Below, piece after piece: positions 9,294 to 19,632 of a DNA stretch of 32,000 bases (position 1 is its first letter; every line of letters begins with the position of its first letter). The translations under genes and the position numbers were made by a program. The stretch is from Synechococcus elongatus PCC 6301. Its GTDB lineage: Bacteria; Cyanobacteriota; Cyanobacteriia; Synechococcales; Synechococcaceae. The notes beneath the pieces are model-generated. The model had not been told where the DNA came from. It saw nothing but the letters and a program-made list of their open reading frames with translations, and did no database searches. The stretch covers positions 180,001 through 212,000 of the forward strand of contig NC_006576.1 in NCBI RefSeq assembly GCF_000010065.1, in the 5' to 3' direction.

Positions 9294-9515
9294 ATGAGTT
9301 CTGAGTTTTCCGATCACTTGATTGAGCAACTGGTACAAGAGGCCAAGGGCTACGCCGATACCGATCCTGCGGTTGAGCGCAACTGCTGGCTGGCGGTACA
9401 TCGCCATGCTCATGGGGTGCTGCCCAGTGAGTACGACATCCGCGAAATTCCTGAGGACTTGTACTTAGCCGTTCTTGAACGGGCGCGGGCGATCGCTCAG
9501 GCCACGAATCCATAA
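9294..9515 (+). CDS. Small conserved-looking hypothetical protein (73 aa)
   Basis: ORF MSSEFSDHLIEQLVQEAKGYADTDPAVERNCWLAVHRHAHGVLPSEYDIREIPEDLYLAVLERARAIAQATNP fills the gap between its neighbours without strong overlap. Confidence 0.6.
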   Translation: MSSEFSDHLIEQLVQEAKGYADTDPAVERNCWLAVHRHAHGVLPSEYDIREIPEDLYLAVLERARAIAQATNP

Positions 9516-9516
9516 T

Positions 9517-10353
9517 TCAGGAACCGGCCTTTGCGCCGAAGACCGCCAGTAACTGTTGTTGGGCGTCGTATAACTCCAGGCGATCGCCCTCCAATTGGTA
9601 AGAATGCGAAGCAGCCAGCAACTGCAGGAAGGCTTGCTCTTGGGTAGCCTGATCTCTGCCACAGGCCATGCGGGTACTGCCAATCGCCCCGACTGTGAGC
9701 TGTTGCTGCTGGACTTTGTAAGTGGCGAAATAGCGATTACAGCCGGTGAATCCTGAAAGCCGTTGACTGTCTGCTGCAAATTGAGTCGTCACGTCAGTGT
9801 CGGCAATCGGCGGTATCAAAGCCCCTTCGCCATTGTTGTAGCGCTGCAACTGCCACTGGGTTTGGGTCAAAGCAATCATCGGCTGGGGACGCAAGGTGAA
9901 GAGAACTTGCTGGGCTGAATTCTGGAGTTGCAGGCGCTCGCCCTCTAAGCGATAGGTCGTGACTTGGGCAAGTCCCGTAAGTAAGGCTTGTTCTTGCTGA
10001 CTGAGCGCTGTCGAAAGACAGGCCCGTAGGGTTGAGCCTACGGGTTTAATCTGCAACTGATTGGTGTTGGACTCGAGACGATAGCTACCAAAGAAGGAAT
10101 TACAGCCAGTGTTGCCCTGGAGTTGTGGAGTCGTTTGGCCTGATTGCAAGCGGAGGCTTGCTTTCTGCTCAGGAGCGACCGCCGCCAGCTGCTCACCATT
10201 CACTTGACGGAAACTGATGAGTTCCCAGGTGATGTCTTCTAGCTTAGATGGCTCAGGGGCGGCACTGAGCCGTAGCGGCTGAGCGATCGCAGTTGCTCCG
10301 AATACCAGCGCACTAAGCTCAATCCCAAAGTACTGCTGAGAGAACTGCTCCAC
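9517..10353 (-). CDS. Protein with two META (HslJ-like) domains, possibly exported
   Basis: Two internal repeats: ITWELISFRQVNGE...QLQGNTGCNSFFGSYRLE...GSTLRAC and TQWQLQRYNNGEG...SGFTGCNRYFATYKV...GSTRMACG. Confidence 0.8.
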   Translation of the reverse strand: MEQFSQQYFGIELSALVFGATAIAQPLRLSAAPEPSKLEDITWELISFRQVNGEQLAAVAPEQKASLRLQSGQTTPQLQGNTGCNSFFGSYRLESNTNQLQIKPVGSTLRACLSTALSQQEQALLTGLAQVTTYRLEGERLQLQNSAQQVLFTLRPQPMIALTQTQWQLQRYNNGEGALIPPIADTDVTTQFAADSQRLSGFTGCNRYFATYKVQQQQLTVGAIGSTRMACGRDQATQEQAFLQLLAASHSYQLEGDRLELYDAQQQLLAVFGAKAGS

Positions 10354-10488
10354 CCTGACATCGCGCGACTCCCGTCAACTCAATTCCAACCAGCGATCGC
10401 CATGCTCCATCGAGGGGGCGACTAGGGAATGAGACAATCAAAACGGCAGGTCTGTTCCTGCCCCTAGAGACGATTCTGGAGAACGCCA

Positions 10489-11001
10489 GTGGACCTTTCC
10501 CGCATTCCCGCCCAACCGAAGCCGGGCTTAGTGAATGTCCTCATTGAAATCCCCGGGGGAAGCAAGAACAAATACGAGTTCGATAAAGACCTCAACGCCT
10601 TTGCGCTCGATCGCGTCCTCTATTCCTCGGTGCAATATCCCTACGATTACGGCTTCATTCCTAACACGCTGGCGGATGATGGCGATCCCCTTGATGGCAT
10701 GGTCATTCTTGATCAACCTACCTTTCCAGGCTGTGTGATTGCGGCGCGCCCAATCGGGATGCTGGAGATGATCGATGGTGGCGATCGCGATGAGAAATTG
10801 CTCTGCGTTCCTGCGAAAGATCCACGCTATGCAGAGGTCAAAACCCTCAGCGATTTAGCCCCGCATCGTCTTGAGGAAATTGCTGAATTCTTCCGCTCCT
10901 ACAAAAACCTCGAGAAGAAAGTTACTGAAATTCTCGGTTGGAAAGGCCCTGAAACAGTTCAAGCTTTGGTTGATGAGTGCATCAAAGCCTACAACGCTTA
11001 G
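10489..11001 (+). CDS. ppa: Inorganic pyrophosphatase, family I
   Basis: 170 aa; [58 protein letters not shown] is the canonical family I signature. Confidence 0.97.
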   Translation: MDLSRIPAQPKPGLVNVLIEIPGGSKNKYEFDKDLNAFALDRVLYSSVQYPYDYGFIPNTLADDGDPLDGMVILDQPTFPGCVIAARPIGMLEMIDGGDRDEKLLCVPAKDPRYAEVKTLSDLAPHRLEEIAEFFRSYKNLEKKVTEILGWKGPETVQALVDECIKAYNA

Positions 11002-11035
11002 AGACATAGCCTTAGTAACAACCTAAGTACTAGCC

Positions 11036-11080
11036 AGCCTCTTGAGGGATCTACAGACAAAAATGTCTCAAGGGGCTTTC
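11036..11080. terminator. Hairpin between convergent ppa and the GGDEF-EAL gene
   Basis: AGCCTCTTGAG (11036-11046) pairs with CTCAAGGGGCT (11067-11077) with one G-T wobble and is followed by TTTCTCTTT. Confidence 0.65.
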
Positions 11081-11087
11081 TCTTTCC

Positions 11088-13757
11088 CTATTGCTGCTCC
11101 CGCAAAATTGCTGGAATGTCCTCAGCTGGCAGCGGCAAGTAGACCAGATACCCCTGAATTTCGTGACACTGATGCTCTTGCAGCCACTGTCTTTGGAATT
11201 CAGTTTCGACACCTTCAGCCAATACTCGAAGTTCTAACTTATGGCCTAAGTCAATAATTGCGGACACAATCGTCTGAATTGCTTGGTCCACCTCTAAAGC
11301 TTGAATTAAAGAAGCATCAATTTTCAAACGATTCAGACCTTTATTCTGAAGAGAGGCAAGGGTTGAATCAGAGCAGCCAAAGTCATCAACTGTCATCTTC
11401 AGGCCAAGATTCTTGAGCTGAATTAGACCTTGTTTGAGCCCAGAATCCGGATCCGCAAGAATCGCTTCATTCAACTCTAGTTCAAGATATTGAGGACGTA
11501 GGGTAGTTTCATTCAGAATCTCAAAAATTTGAGGACAGAATTCTTGTATCTGAAAGCCGGAGAAATTAATCCCAATAGGCACTGATTTTAAGCCTTGGGC
11601 TTGCCAGACTGCATTTTGTGTACAAGCTGTTTTGAGAACCCACTGCTGAATTTCTTCCATTAGACCGATTTCAATCGCAATCGGCAGAAAACTTTTGGGG
11701 GTCAGTAGGCCTAGGTGGGGGTGATGCCAACGCAGCAAAGCCTCGAGCCCAATGATGCTGTCGTCTTGGAGGCTAATTTGGGGTTGATAGAAAAGTTCGA
11801 ACTGCTGATTAGCGATCGCCGATCGAAGGCCTGATTCAATCTCCAAGCGTTCTTGTAAGCGCTGGCCAATAGTGGCGGTAAAGAAGCTAAAGGCATCTCG
11901 CCCACCTTCTTTGATGCTGTACATTGCTGTGTCAGCTTTCTTGATCAAGATTTCCAGATCATCGCCATCGACAGGGAAGAGACTAATACCAAGACTGGTT
12001 GTGAGTTGAATTGAGCGATCGCCGATCGCGATCGGTGGCGTAATTTGTTGCTGCAGCTTTTGGGCCAGTGTGGCGGCCCCCTGTGCATCAGTGTTGGGGA
12101 GAATGACGACAAACTCATCGCCGCTCAAGCGAGCGATGAGATCACTCTGTCGTACTGATTGTCTGATTCGTTGAGCAACCTCTACTAAAACGCGATCGCC
12201 TACTTCGTGGCCGAAATTATCATTAATATCCTTGAAGCGATCGAGGTCAATAAAAATAACTGCCAGCATCTCTTGACTTCTTTTTGCCAGCAACAGCAAC
12301 TCTTGTCCTTGTTCTTGTAACAAGAAACGGTTTGCCAGACCAGTCAAGAAGTCGTAGCAAGCCTGGCGCTCTAGCGCCTTTTCGTTATCTCGGCGATCAG
12401 TAATATCAATCCCAAAGGAGATGAAGCCAACACATTCATTGTTTTTGAAAATTTTGCTGTTGCGCCAGACAATATAGCGTTCCTTGCCAGACTTAGTAAT
12501 AATTGGATTTTCAAAATTGTGAGGGATTTCTTCAGAGCTACAGTTCTTAAACTGCTCCCAGACATGCGGATAGCGATCGCGGGGGACAATAGATTCAAAC
12601 CAGTCTTTTCCGAGGATTTCTGACCTTTGGTAGCCAGTGACTTCCTCAGCGGTTGGGTTCAACTCAAGAATGCACCCATTTAAATCGAGGAGAAGGACAA
12701 TGGCATTCGCTGTTTGAATAAGATTTTCTGCAAAATCCCTAGCGTCTTCTAGCTCTTTTTGGGTTTTATCAAGGGCTTCGATTTCATCAATTAAATAATT
12801 TGTTTGCTCATTGATAGTGGCTTGTAAGTGATCACGCTGACGCCTTAGCTCAGCATATTGCAGCGCAACGATATGAACCGCCAAGCTGATACTAAACATC
12901 AGCAAGATGACTGCTAGATAGGGATTATCTGGTGCTAAACGAATGAAAGGCCCTAGCCCCCGGCGAGTAGCAAGGAGTGAAATAACTGAGAGTAATGTGG
13001 CGCCAATGGCACTCCCGAGCAAACCGACTCGTAAGGCCAAACCTAGTAGAGCAAGCAGTGAGATGCCTAGCAGAACGGGATAGAGAACAAAAGTTAAGGT
13101 CAGCACTATCACTAGGGAGAGAACACCCAGCCCCAGCCACAGAAACTTGCTTTGGTTTATCGTTTTACTTTGCCGCCAAGCATCATACAGAGGCAAAACC
13201 AAGAAAATTCCTAGAGAGTCTCCCATCCAAATGGTGATCAAACTCTCAGGAACTTCCTGCCAAGGTAAGAAGCCACCAAAAGCTTGATTGGCAACAAGTA
13301 ACGGTAGAGTCAATGCAGTTGGCAAAAGACAGACCCAAGCTACCAATTGCCCAAGCTGATGAATTTTTTGAATCGGCTCTCCCAAAAATCGCCGCCATAG
13401 GGTGTAGGCAATCGCCGCCTGACTGGCATTAATTGGTGCAGCCAGAAAGCTATGAAGTAGCTCGGTTCCTCAGTCCAAGCGCCCCAACTGTGTAAAGTCT
13501 TGTAAATTAATCAGCAAAGCAGCGAGCCAAATTGCCGGGATGGCTCGATAGCCCATGGTGATGCAGGCTGCTAAACCAATACCTGCTGGCAGCCAAACGA
13601 CCGTGAGGTTACTGGGGGGCAGAGAACCATAGGCAATTCCCAAGCGGGCAAAGCCCCAAAACAAGAGGAAAGTGACAAGACTACCTAGCCTGAAGCGCCG
13701 AGAATGCAAGCGCAGGCTCGTGGGAGCGGTCAATCCCATAAAGGAGGCCAGGGACAT
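11088..13757 (-). pseudogene. MASE1-PAS-GGDEF-EAL sensory cyclic-di-GMP protein gene interrupted by an in-frame TGA
   Basis: ORFs 13470..13757 (MASE1 N-terminal part, ...IWLAALLINLQDFTQLGRLD*) and 11088..13385 are in the same frame. The only interruption is a TGA at 13472-13470. Downstream: PAS (VTGYQRSEILGKDW), SGDEF in ARLSGDEFVVIL, EALLRWHHP, VDDFG, LAEGVET, CHEIQGYL. Confidence 0.75.
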
Positions 13758-14188
13758 TGGGTTTCTTGATTAACTCTTGAGCAATGAACAGCAAACGACC
13801 AATTTTTCCCATGGGGCTCATTGGAATTTTATGATTTTGTCCTTAGCCTGCAGACAACGCAAGATTCTAGTGAAAATTATCAATAAATTGTGTACCCAGC
13901 GCTGAGGATTAAACTCGCGCCCCTAGTATGCATATCTCTAGAGTAAAGCTTATGCCTGTAATGAATCCTTTTCGGGTGACAGATACCTCAATTAGCAACC
14001 TCAACTAAGGGCTCACTATACAGGAATATTTAATTAAGTCTTTAGGATGTCGTAGTAAGGTGGATGCTTATGCTCTTGCGTTAGTGATCGGATAGGCTTA
14101 CACAGCACTCAATGATTCCCTACTTTCAGAAATAGGAGACTCAAATATTGAGTTTAATGGGGTCAACAAATTTCCAACTCCGATGAGC

Positions 14189-16106
14189 TTAAGCAGAACT
14201 GGCAACCTCGGAAAGTTCTAGCCAGCGTTCGGTACCCACTTCAATCCGTGTCTCTAGCTCAGCAAGTTGCTCCGAAAGTGTCTGAAGTTGGCTAAAACTC
14301 CCTGAGTTGTCTTGGTAGAGCTTGGCTTCTATTTCTGCTTTTTCTGCTTCCCAAACAGGAATTTGCAGTTCTAGTTGCTCTAGTTCTCTTTTCTCTTTGA
14401 AGGAAAGTCGGCGCTGCTGCGATCGCGACGTTTGACTCGCCGATCGCTCACCATTCGATTTAGGAGCCTTTGTCGGCTCAGCTTCTATCACTGCCGCCTG
14501 TTTCTGTTGATACTCAAGATAGACCGCATAATTGCCAGGGTAGTGGCGTAGTTCACCTGTTGGTTCAAAAGCCAAGATTGAATCAACTGTGCGATCGAGG
14601 AAGTAGCGATCGTGGGAAATAATAATGACTGTCCCCCGGAAAATCCTCAAGATAATCTTCTAAGACAGCTAGAGTTTGGATATCGAGATCATTCGTGGGT
14701 TCATCCAAAATCAGCACATTTGGCGCTGTCATTAGGATCCGTAACAAATAGAGCCGCCGCCGCTCTCCTCCTGATAGGGAAGCGATCGGAGCGTATTGTT
14801 GTGCTGGTGGAAATAGAAAACGTTCTAAAAGCTGACTGGCACTGAGCTTTTCACCATTCCCAAGTGGGAGATACTCTCCTTCTTCCCGCAGATAGTCAAT
14901 GGGGCGCTGTTGTTTTTGGGCAGCTAACTCTAGTCCCTCTGCTTGCTGATCAACATAGCCAAAACAGACAGTACTCCCCTGAACAACCTTACCTTGATCA
15001 GGAGAGAGTTGCCCAGTCATTAAGTTGAGTAAGGTCGACTTACCCACCCCATTTGGGCCAATAATTCCTAATCGCTCTTCAGGGCTAACTTCGTAGGAAA
15101 AGTCCTGAATCAGTTGGCGATCGCCAAAGCTTTTACTGACATTTTCCAATCTCACAACCGTCTTGCCAAGCCGTTGGCTTGCAGCTGCAATTTCAACTCG
15201 ACCCGCAGCCCCACGAACCTCCTGCGATCGCATTTCTTCAATGCGTTGAATCCGAGCCTTTTGCTTCGTACTCCGTGCCTTGGGTCCGCGCTGCAACCAA
15301 GCTAACTCTCGTCGTAAAACCCCTTGGAACTTGTGGGCACTACTCGCTGCAGAGGCTTCTTGCTCAGCTTTCTTCTGCAAGTAGTATGCGTAATTTCCGT
15401 CATAGGCCGACAGCTCGCCCCGATCGAGATCCAAGATGCGATTGGTGACGCGATCGAGGAAGTAGCGATCGTGGGTAATCAGAACAAGGGCACCCCGAAA
15501 CTTGCTCAGAAAAGACTGCAGCCACTCCACCGAATCTGCATCGAGGTGGTTAGTCGGTTCATCCAGCAACAGCAACTCTGGATCCGCAAGCAGAGCGGAA
15601 GCAAGTCCCAAACGCTTACGATAGCCCCCCGAGAGATCGCCAACTCGTTGCTGAAAGTTGTGAATGCCGAGGCGACTGAGGACAATTTTGGCTTGAGTTT
15701 CCAGTCCCCAAGCATCCTGAGCATCCAATTGCTGACTGAGGCTGGTCAGCCGCGCCATCAAAGCTTCTGCTGCTTCCCCCTCAGCCGTCGCTAACTGCTC
15801 AGAAATGGCTTCGTAGTCACGCACAAGCTGCAGTTGCTCACCCGCATCAGCAAAGACTTGTTCCAGCACAGTGCGCTCAGGGTCGAGTTGAGGATCTTGA
15901 GGCACGTAAACGGAGCGAAGGCCTGACTGCCGCTGAATATCGCCGCTATCAGCTGTTTCTAAACCTGCCAAAATGCGCAAGAGCGTCGATTTGCCAGAAC
16001 CATTCCGGCCAATCAAGCCGATCCGATCGCGATCGCCCACACTGAAGCTCGCTGACTGTAGCAAGACTTTGAGACCGTAGTCTTTGCTGACGTTGCGCAG
16101 CGTCAT
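14189..16106 (-). pseudogene. ABC-F family ATPase (Uup-like) gene disrupted by a +1 frameshift
   Basis: ORF 14583..16115 holds the first NBD and most of the second (GRNGSGKSTLLRILAG; LSGGYRKRLGLASALLADPELLLLDEPTNHLD; GPNGVGKSTLLNLMTG; LSGGERRRLYLLRILMTAPNVLILDEPTNDLD). ORF 14189..14650 continues with GTVIIISHDRYFLDRTV plus the C-terminal region. The total of 1918 nt is 639 codons plus 1 nt. Confidence 0.82.
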
Positions 16107-16196
16107 CAGCGCCATAGGAACTCCCGGACCGGATTGCTCTTTTCAGTCTCGCAGCTCGAGGCTGTCTACGTCGCAGTTCGGCTCTGGAAGACCGTC

Positions 16197-17921
16197 TTAG
16201 CTGGCGGTTAGAGGCGGCTCATCCGCGATCTGGCTTTGGCGAAACTGTTGGAAAGCCGCGATCGCAGTCGGCAACGTCGGATAAAAGTGCTCGCCCCCAA
16301 TCTGCTCGACTAACCCCACGCGATCGAGTTCAGCAATTAGTTCCTGCTTGGCACGAGCGATCGTCAGGGTGACACCGCGTTGCTGGAGTTCCCGCAACAG
16401 CTCTAGCAGTTTTTCCGCTGCCGTAACATCCAAATTAATAATTGCCTCTGCATTCAGCAGCAGCCATTGGACAGGTTGTGGTGCCGTTGCGATTGCCAGC
16501 AGCACCCGCCGCTTAAAGTCCTCTGCATTGGCAAAGCAAAGCTGAGCGTCATAACGAAAAATCACCAAACCCGGAAAGGTTTGCGCTTGGGGCCAATCTT
16601 CAATGTCATGCAAACCAGCCATGCCTGGAATTTCACCCAAAATCGCAGCATGGGGACGCGCAACTCGGGCAAACAAATCAATTACCGAGAGACTAACAGC
16701 CACACCAACACCAATCAGCATATTAGTGCCCAGCACACCCGCAGCAGTAATCAGTGCTAGCCAAAACTCGCTAGGACGATAGCGGCGCAGACGATAGAAC
16801 TCGCGCAGGTCAATCAGTTTGGTGGCGGCATAGATCACGATCGCTCCCAGAGCTGCTTGGGGAAACATCGCCAGTACTGGTCGAAAGAACCAGAGCACTA
16901 GCAAGACCGTGCCCAAGCTGACCAGAGAGAACAGTTGGGTACGACTGCCGAGCGCATCGCCAATCACTGTGCGGCTCGTGCTGCCACTAATTGGGAAACA
17001 CTGAAAAAAACTGTTGCCGACGTTGGCGATACCCAGCGCTAATAATTCTTGATTGGCATCGATCTCGTAGCGATGACGGACTGCAAAAGCTCGCGCCGTC
17101 AGAATATTGTCCGAGTAGCCCACTAGCGCTACTCCGATCGCAGATGCTGTCAAGGTGGGCCATTGTTGCCAAGGCAGCGTTGGCCATTGCCACCGGGGCA
17201 GGCCGGCTGGAATTGTTCCGATGACTTGCACCCCCTGTTGATCGAGCTGAAAGAGGGCGACAAACAACGTCGCGAGCAACACAGCTAAAAGTGGACCTGG
17301 AGCTGTCCGAAACTTTTTCTGAACTCCAAACAGAAACAACAGGACAAGAATGGAGACCCCAACTGTGGGCCAATGGCATTGTCCGAGCCCAGCAAAAAAC
17401 TGTTGAAACTCCTCAAGTGGCTTTGTCGCCGTAATTGGAATGCCACTGGTTTTTCCCAGCTGCCCTGAAATCATGACCAGACCAATCCCTGCCATGTAGC
17501 CAATCAGAATTGGTTTGGAGAGTAAGTCGGCCAGAAACCCCAATCGGAGGCTGTAGGCAACCAGAAAGACAATGCCAACTAGCAACGCCATCACTGCGGC
17601 CAACAGAGAATAGCTGAGATCAGTTTGCGCAGCGACCGGTGCGATCGCCACCGCCGTCATGATCGCTGTGGAGGATTCGGGGCCGACCGACAGCTGTGGT
17701 GAGGAGCCGAAAAAGGTGTAAAGAAACAACGGGATCAAAATCGCCCACAATCCAACGATCGCCGGTAATCCTGCTAGCTGACCGTAGGCCATGCACTGGG
17801 GAATGAGATAAGCGGCAACCGTAACTCCAGCCAGCACATCTCCCCGTAACCAAGCCCGACGGTAGTGCAGTAGCGATCGCAGCCCCGGCAGCCAGCGCAG
17901 TTGAGATTGTCCCAACAGCAT
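16197..17921 (-). CDS. SulP family anion transporter with C-terminal STAS domain
   Basis: 574 aa; VTVAAYLIPQCMAYGQLAGLPAIVGLWA; FFGSSPQLSVGPESSTAIM; C-terminal STAS-like QWLLLNAEAIINLDVTAAEKLLELLRELQQRGVTLTIA. Confidence 0.9.
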   Translation of the reverse strand: MLLGQSQLRWLPGLRSLLHYRRAWLRGDVLAGVTVAAYLIPQCMAYGQLAGLPAIVGLWAILIPLFLYTFFGSSPQLSVGPESSTAIMTAVAIAPVAAQTDLSYSLLAAVMALLVGIVFLVAYSLRLGFLADLLSKPILIGYMAGIGLVMISGQLGKTSGIPITATKPLEEFQQFFAGLGQCHWPTVGVSILVLLFLFGVQKKFRTAPGPLLAVLLATLFVALFQLDQQGVQVIGTIPAGLPRWQWPTLPWQQWPTLTASAIGVALVGYSDNILTARAFAVRHRYEIDANQELLALGIANVGNSFFQCFPISGSTSRTVIGDALGSRTQLFSLVSLGTVLLVLWFFRPVLAMFPQAALGAIVIYAATKLIDLREFYRLRRYRPSEFWLALITAAGVLGTNMLIGVGVAVSLSVIDLFARVARPHAAILGEIPGMAGLHDIEDWPQAQTFPGLVIFRYDAQLCFANAEDFKRRVLLAIATAPQPVQWLLLNAEAIINLDVTAAEKLLELLRELQQRGVTLTIARAKQELIAELDRVGLVEQIGGEHFYPTLPTAIAAFQQFRQSQIADEPPLTAS

Positions 17922-17963
17922 CCCCTCTTCTTAGGTTTCAGTGAGCAGTGGGCGATCGCAGCA

Positions 17964-19325
17964 CTAGGACTTGAGGATCCGAGGTAGCATCACCTGCTCA
18001 ACAAAGTTGGTATAGAGTTCCCCGCGCAGGAACTCAGGCATCTGCAACATCAGCTGATGGAAACTAAGGGTCGTCGGCAAGCCGGTGATGGCGCATTCCC
18101 GCAGAGCACGCTGCATCCGCGCGATCGCCTCTTCCCGTGTTGCACCCCAGACAATCAATTTGCCAATCAGCGAATCGTAATAGGGCGGAATTTCGTAGTC
18201 GGTATAAACATGGGAATCGACACGAACGCCGGGGCCGCCGGGCGGTAAATAGCCTGTAATGCGGCCAGGATTCGGCCGGAAATTGTATTCCGGATCTTCC
18301 GCATTGATACGGCATTCGATCGCATGGCCGCGCAGTTGAATATCGGCTTGCCGGAAGCGCAGCGCTTCGCCTTGGGCAATCCGAATCTGCTCCGCAATCA
18401 AGTCCAGTCCCGTAATCATTTCTGTGACTGGATGCTCGACTTGGATGCGGGTATTCATCTCCATGAAGTAGAAGTTGCCGGTCGCATCGACCAGAAACTC
18501 CACGGTGCCGGCACCGATGTAGCCGATCGCTTGAGCGACTTTGACGGCGGCATCGCCCATTTTCTGCCGCAGGTCTGCCGATAGCGCCGGACTGGGGGCT
18601 TCTTCGAGCAGCTTTTGGTGACGACGTTGAATGGAGCAATCGCGCTCGCCTAGATGCACTACATTGCCGTAGGCATCGGCCAAGATCTGAAATTCAACGT
18701 GGCGTGGGCGATCGATAAATTTTTCGAGATACAGTCCTGGATTCCCAAAAGCTGCCTCGGCTTCTCCTTGGGCAGCAAGGAACAGTTTTTCCAGATCTGC
18801 AGGCTCACGCACCAGCCGCATACCGCGACCACCGCCCCCCGCCGTCGCTTTGATCATGACGGGATAGCCGATCTCGGCAGCAACTTTGGCAGCCGAATCA
18901 ACATCCGTCAGCAGACCGTCACTGCCCGGAATCGTCGGAACGCCGACCCGCTGCATTGTTTCCTTAGCGGTGGATTTATCGCCCATGGCTCGAATCGAAT
19001 CGGGGCTGGGGCCAATAAAGGTGAGATGGTGATCGGCGCAGATTTCTGCAAAGCGGGCATTCTCCGCCAAGAAGCCATAGCCGGGGTGAATGGCGCTGGC
19101 ATTACGGGTCAGGGCCGCCGCAATGATGTTGGGGATATTGAGATAGCTTTTGCTGCTGGCCGCTTCGCCAATACAGACCGCTTCGTCCGCTAACTGCACA
19201 TGGAGCGCGTTGCGATCCACAGTGGAGTGAACGGCGATCGTGCCGATCCCGAGTTCTTCACAAGTGCGGAGAATGCGCAGGGCGATTTCGCCGCGATTGG
19301 CGATCAGGATCTTGTTGAAACGCAT
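17964..19325 (-). CDS. accC: Acetyl-CoA carboxylase biotin carboxylase subunit
   Basis: 453 aa; [34 protein letters not shown]; [13 protein letters not shown]; [16 protein letters not shown]; [23 protein letters not shown]. Confidence 0.97.
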   Translation of the reverse strand: MRFNKILIANRGEIALRILRTCEELGIGTIAVHSTVDRNALHVQLADEAVCIGEAASSKSYLNIPNIIAAALTRNASAIHPGYGFLAENARFAEICADHHLTFIGPSPDSIRAMGDKSTAKETMQRVGVPTIPGSDGLLTDVDSAAKVAAEIGYPVMIKATAGGGGRGMRLVREPADLEKLFLAAQGEAEAAFGNPGLYLEKFIDRPRHVEFQILADAYGNVVHLGERDCSIQRRHQKLLEEAPSPALSADLRQKMGDAAVKVAQAIGYIGAGTVEFLVDATGNFYFMEMNTRIQVEHPVTEMITGLDLIAEQIRIAQGEALRFRQADIQLRGHAIECRINAEDPEYNFRPNPGRITGYLPPGGPGVRVDSHVYTDYEIPPYYDSLIGKLIVWGATREEAIARMQRALRECAITGLPTTLSFHQLMLQMPEFLRGELYTNFVEQVMLPRILKS

Positions 19326-19480
19326 AGGAGCAGCGGCAGCCAGGAATTACTAGCGGCAGCAGAACGGCGGCTAAACCGTTTTGAGCAACCGAATCCTATC
19401 ATGCAGCCTCAGTGACCCTCTTGCCGAGTCCGCCGATCGCTCGTTATAGTACTTAAGCGCTTTTGAACAAGTGCAACCAC

Positions 19481-19562
19481 GCGGATGTGGTGGAATTGGT
19501 AGACACGCACGTTTGAGGGGCGTGTGGCTTACGCCATGCGAGTTCAAGTCTCGCCATCCGCA
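19481..19562 (+). tRNA. tRNA-Leu(GAG)
   Basis: GCGGATGTGGTGGAATTGGTAGACACGCACGTTTGAGGGGCGTGTGGCTTACGCCATGCGAGTTCAAGTCTCGCCATCCGCA. Acceptor stem GCGGATG/CATCCGC; anticodon loop TTGAGGG; T-loop GTTCAAGTC; CCA not encoded. Confidence 0.95.
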
Positions 19563-19574
19563 TTCATAAAGCCG

Positions 19575-19609
19575 AAAAGCAGGAGAGCAAAACGCTAGCC
19601 TGCTTTTTT
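19575..19609 (+). terminator. Terminator after tRNA-Leu
   Basis: AAAAGCAGG ... CCTGCTTTT stem, followed by T residues. Confidence 0.7.
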
Positions 19610-19632
19610 GGTTTGATGGTGGGGCCAAGAGG

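Noticed and set aside
9517-10353. Internal repeats in the META protein as a novel repeat system
   Set aside because: The repeats are two diverged META domains, a known architecture, not nucleotide-level repeats.
18064-18639. 191-aa minus-strand ORF and other alternative-frame ORFs inside accC (18654..19193 +)
   Set aside because: They overlap the conserved accC coding sequence in other frames. Arg/Pro-rich translations typical of spurious frames.
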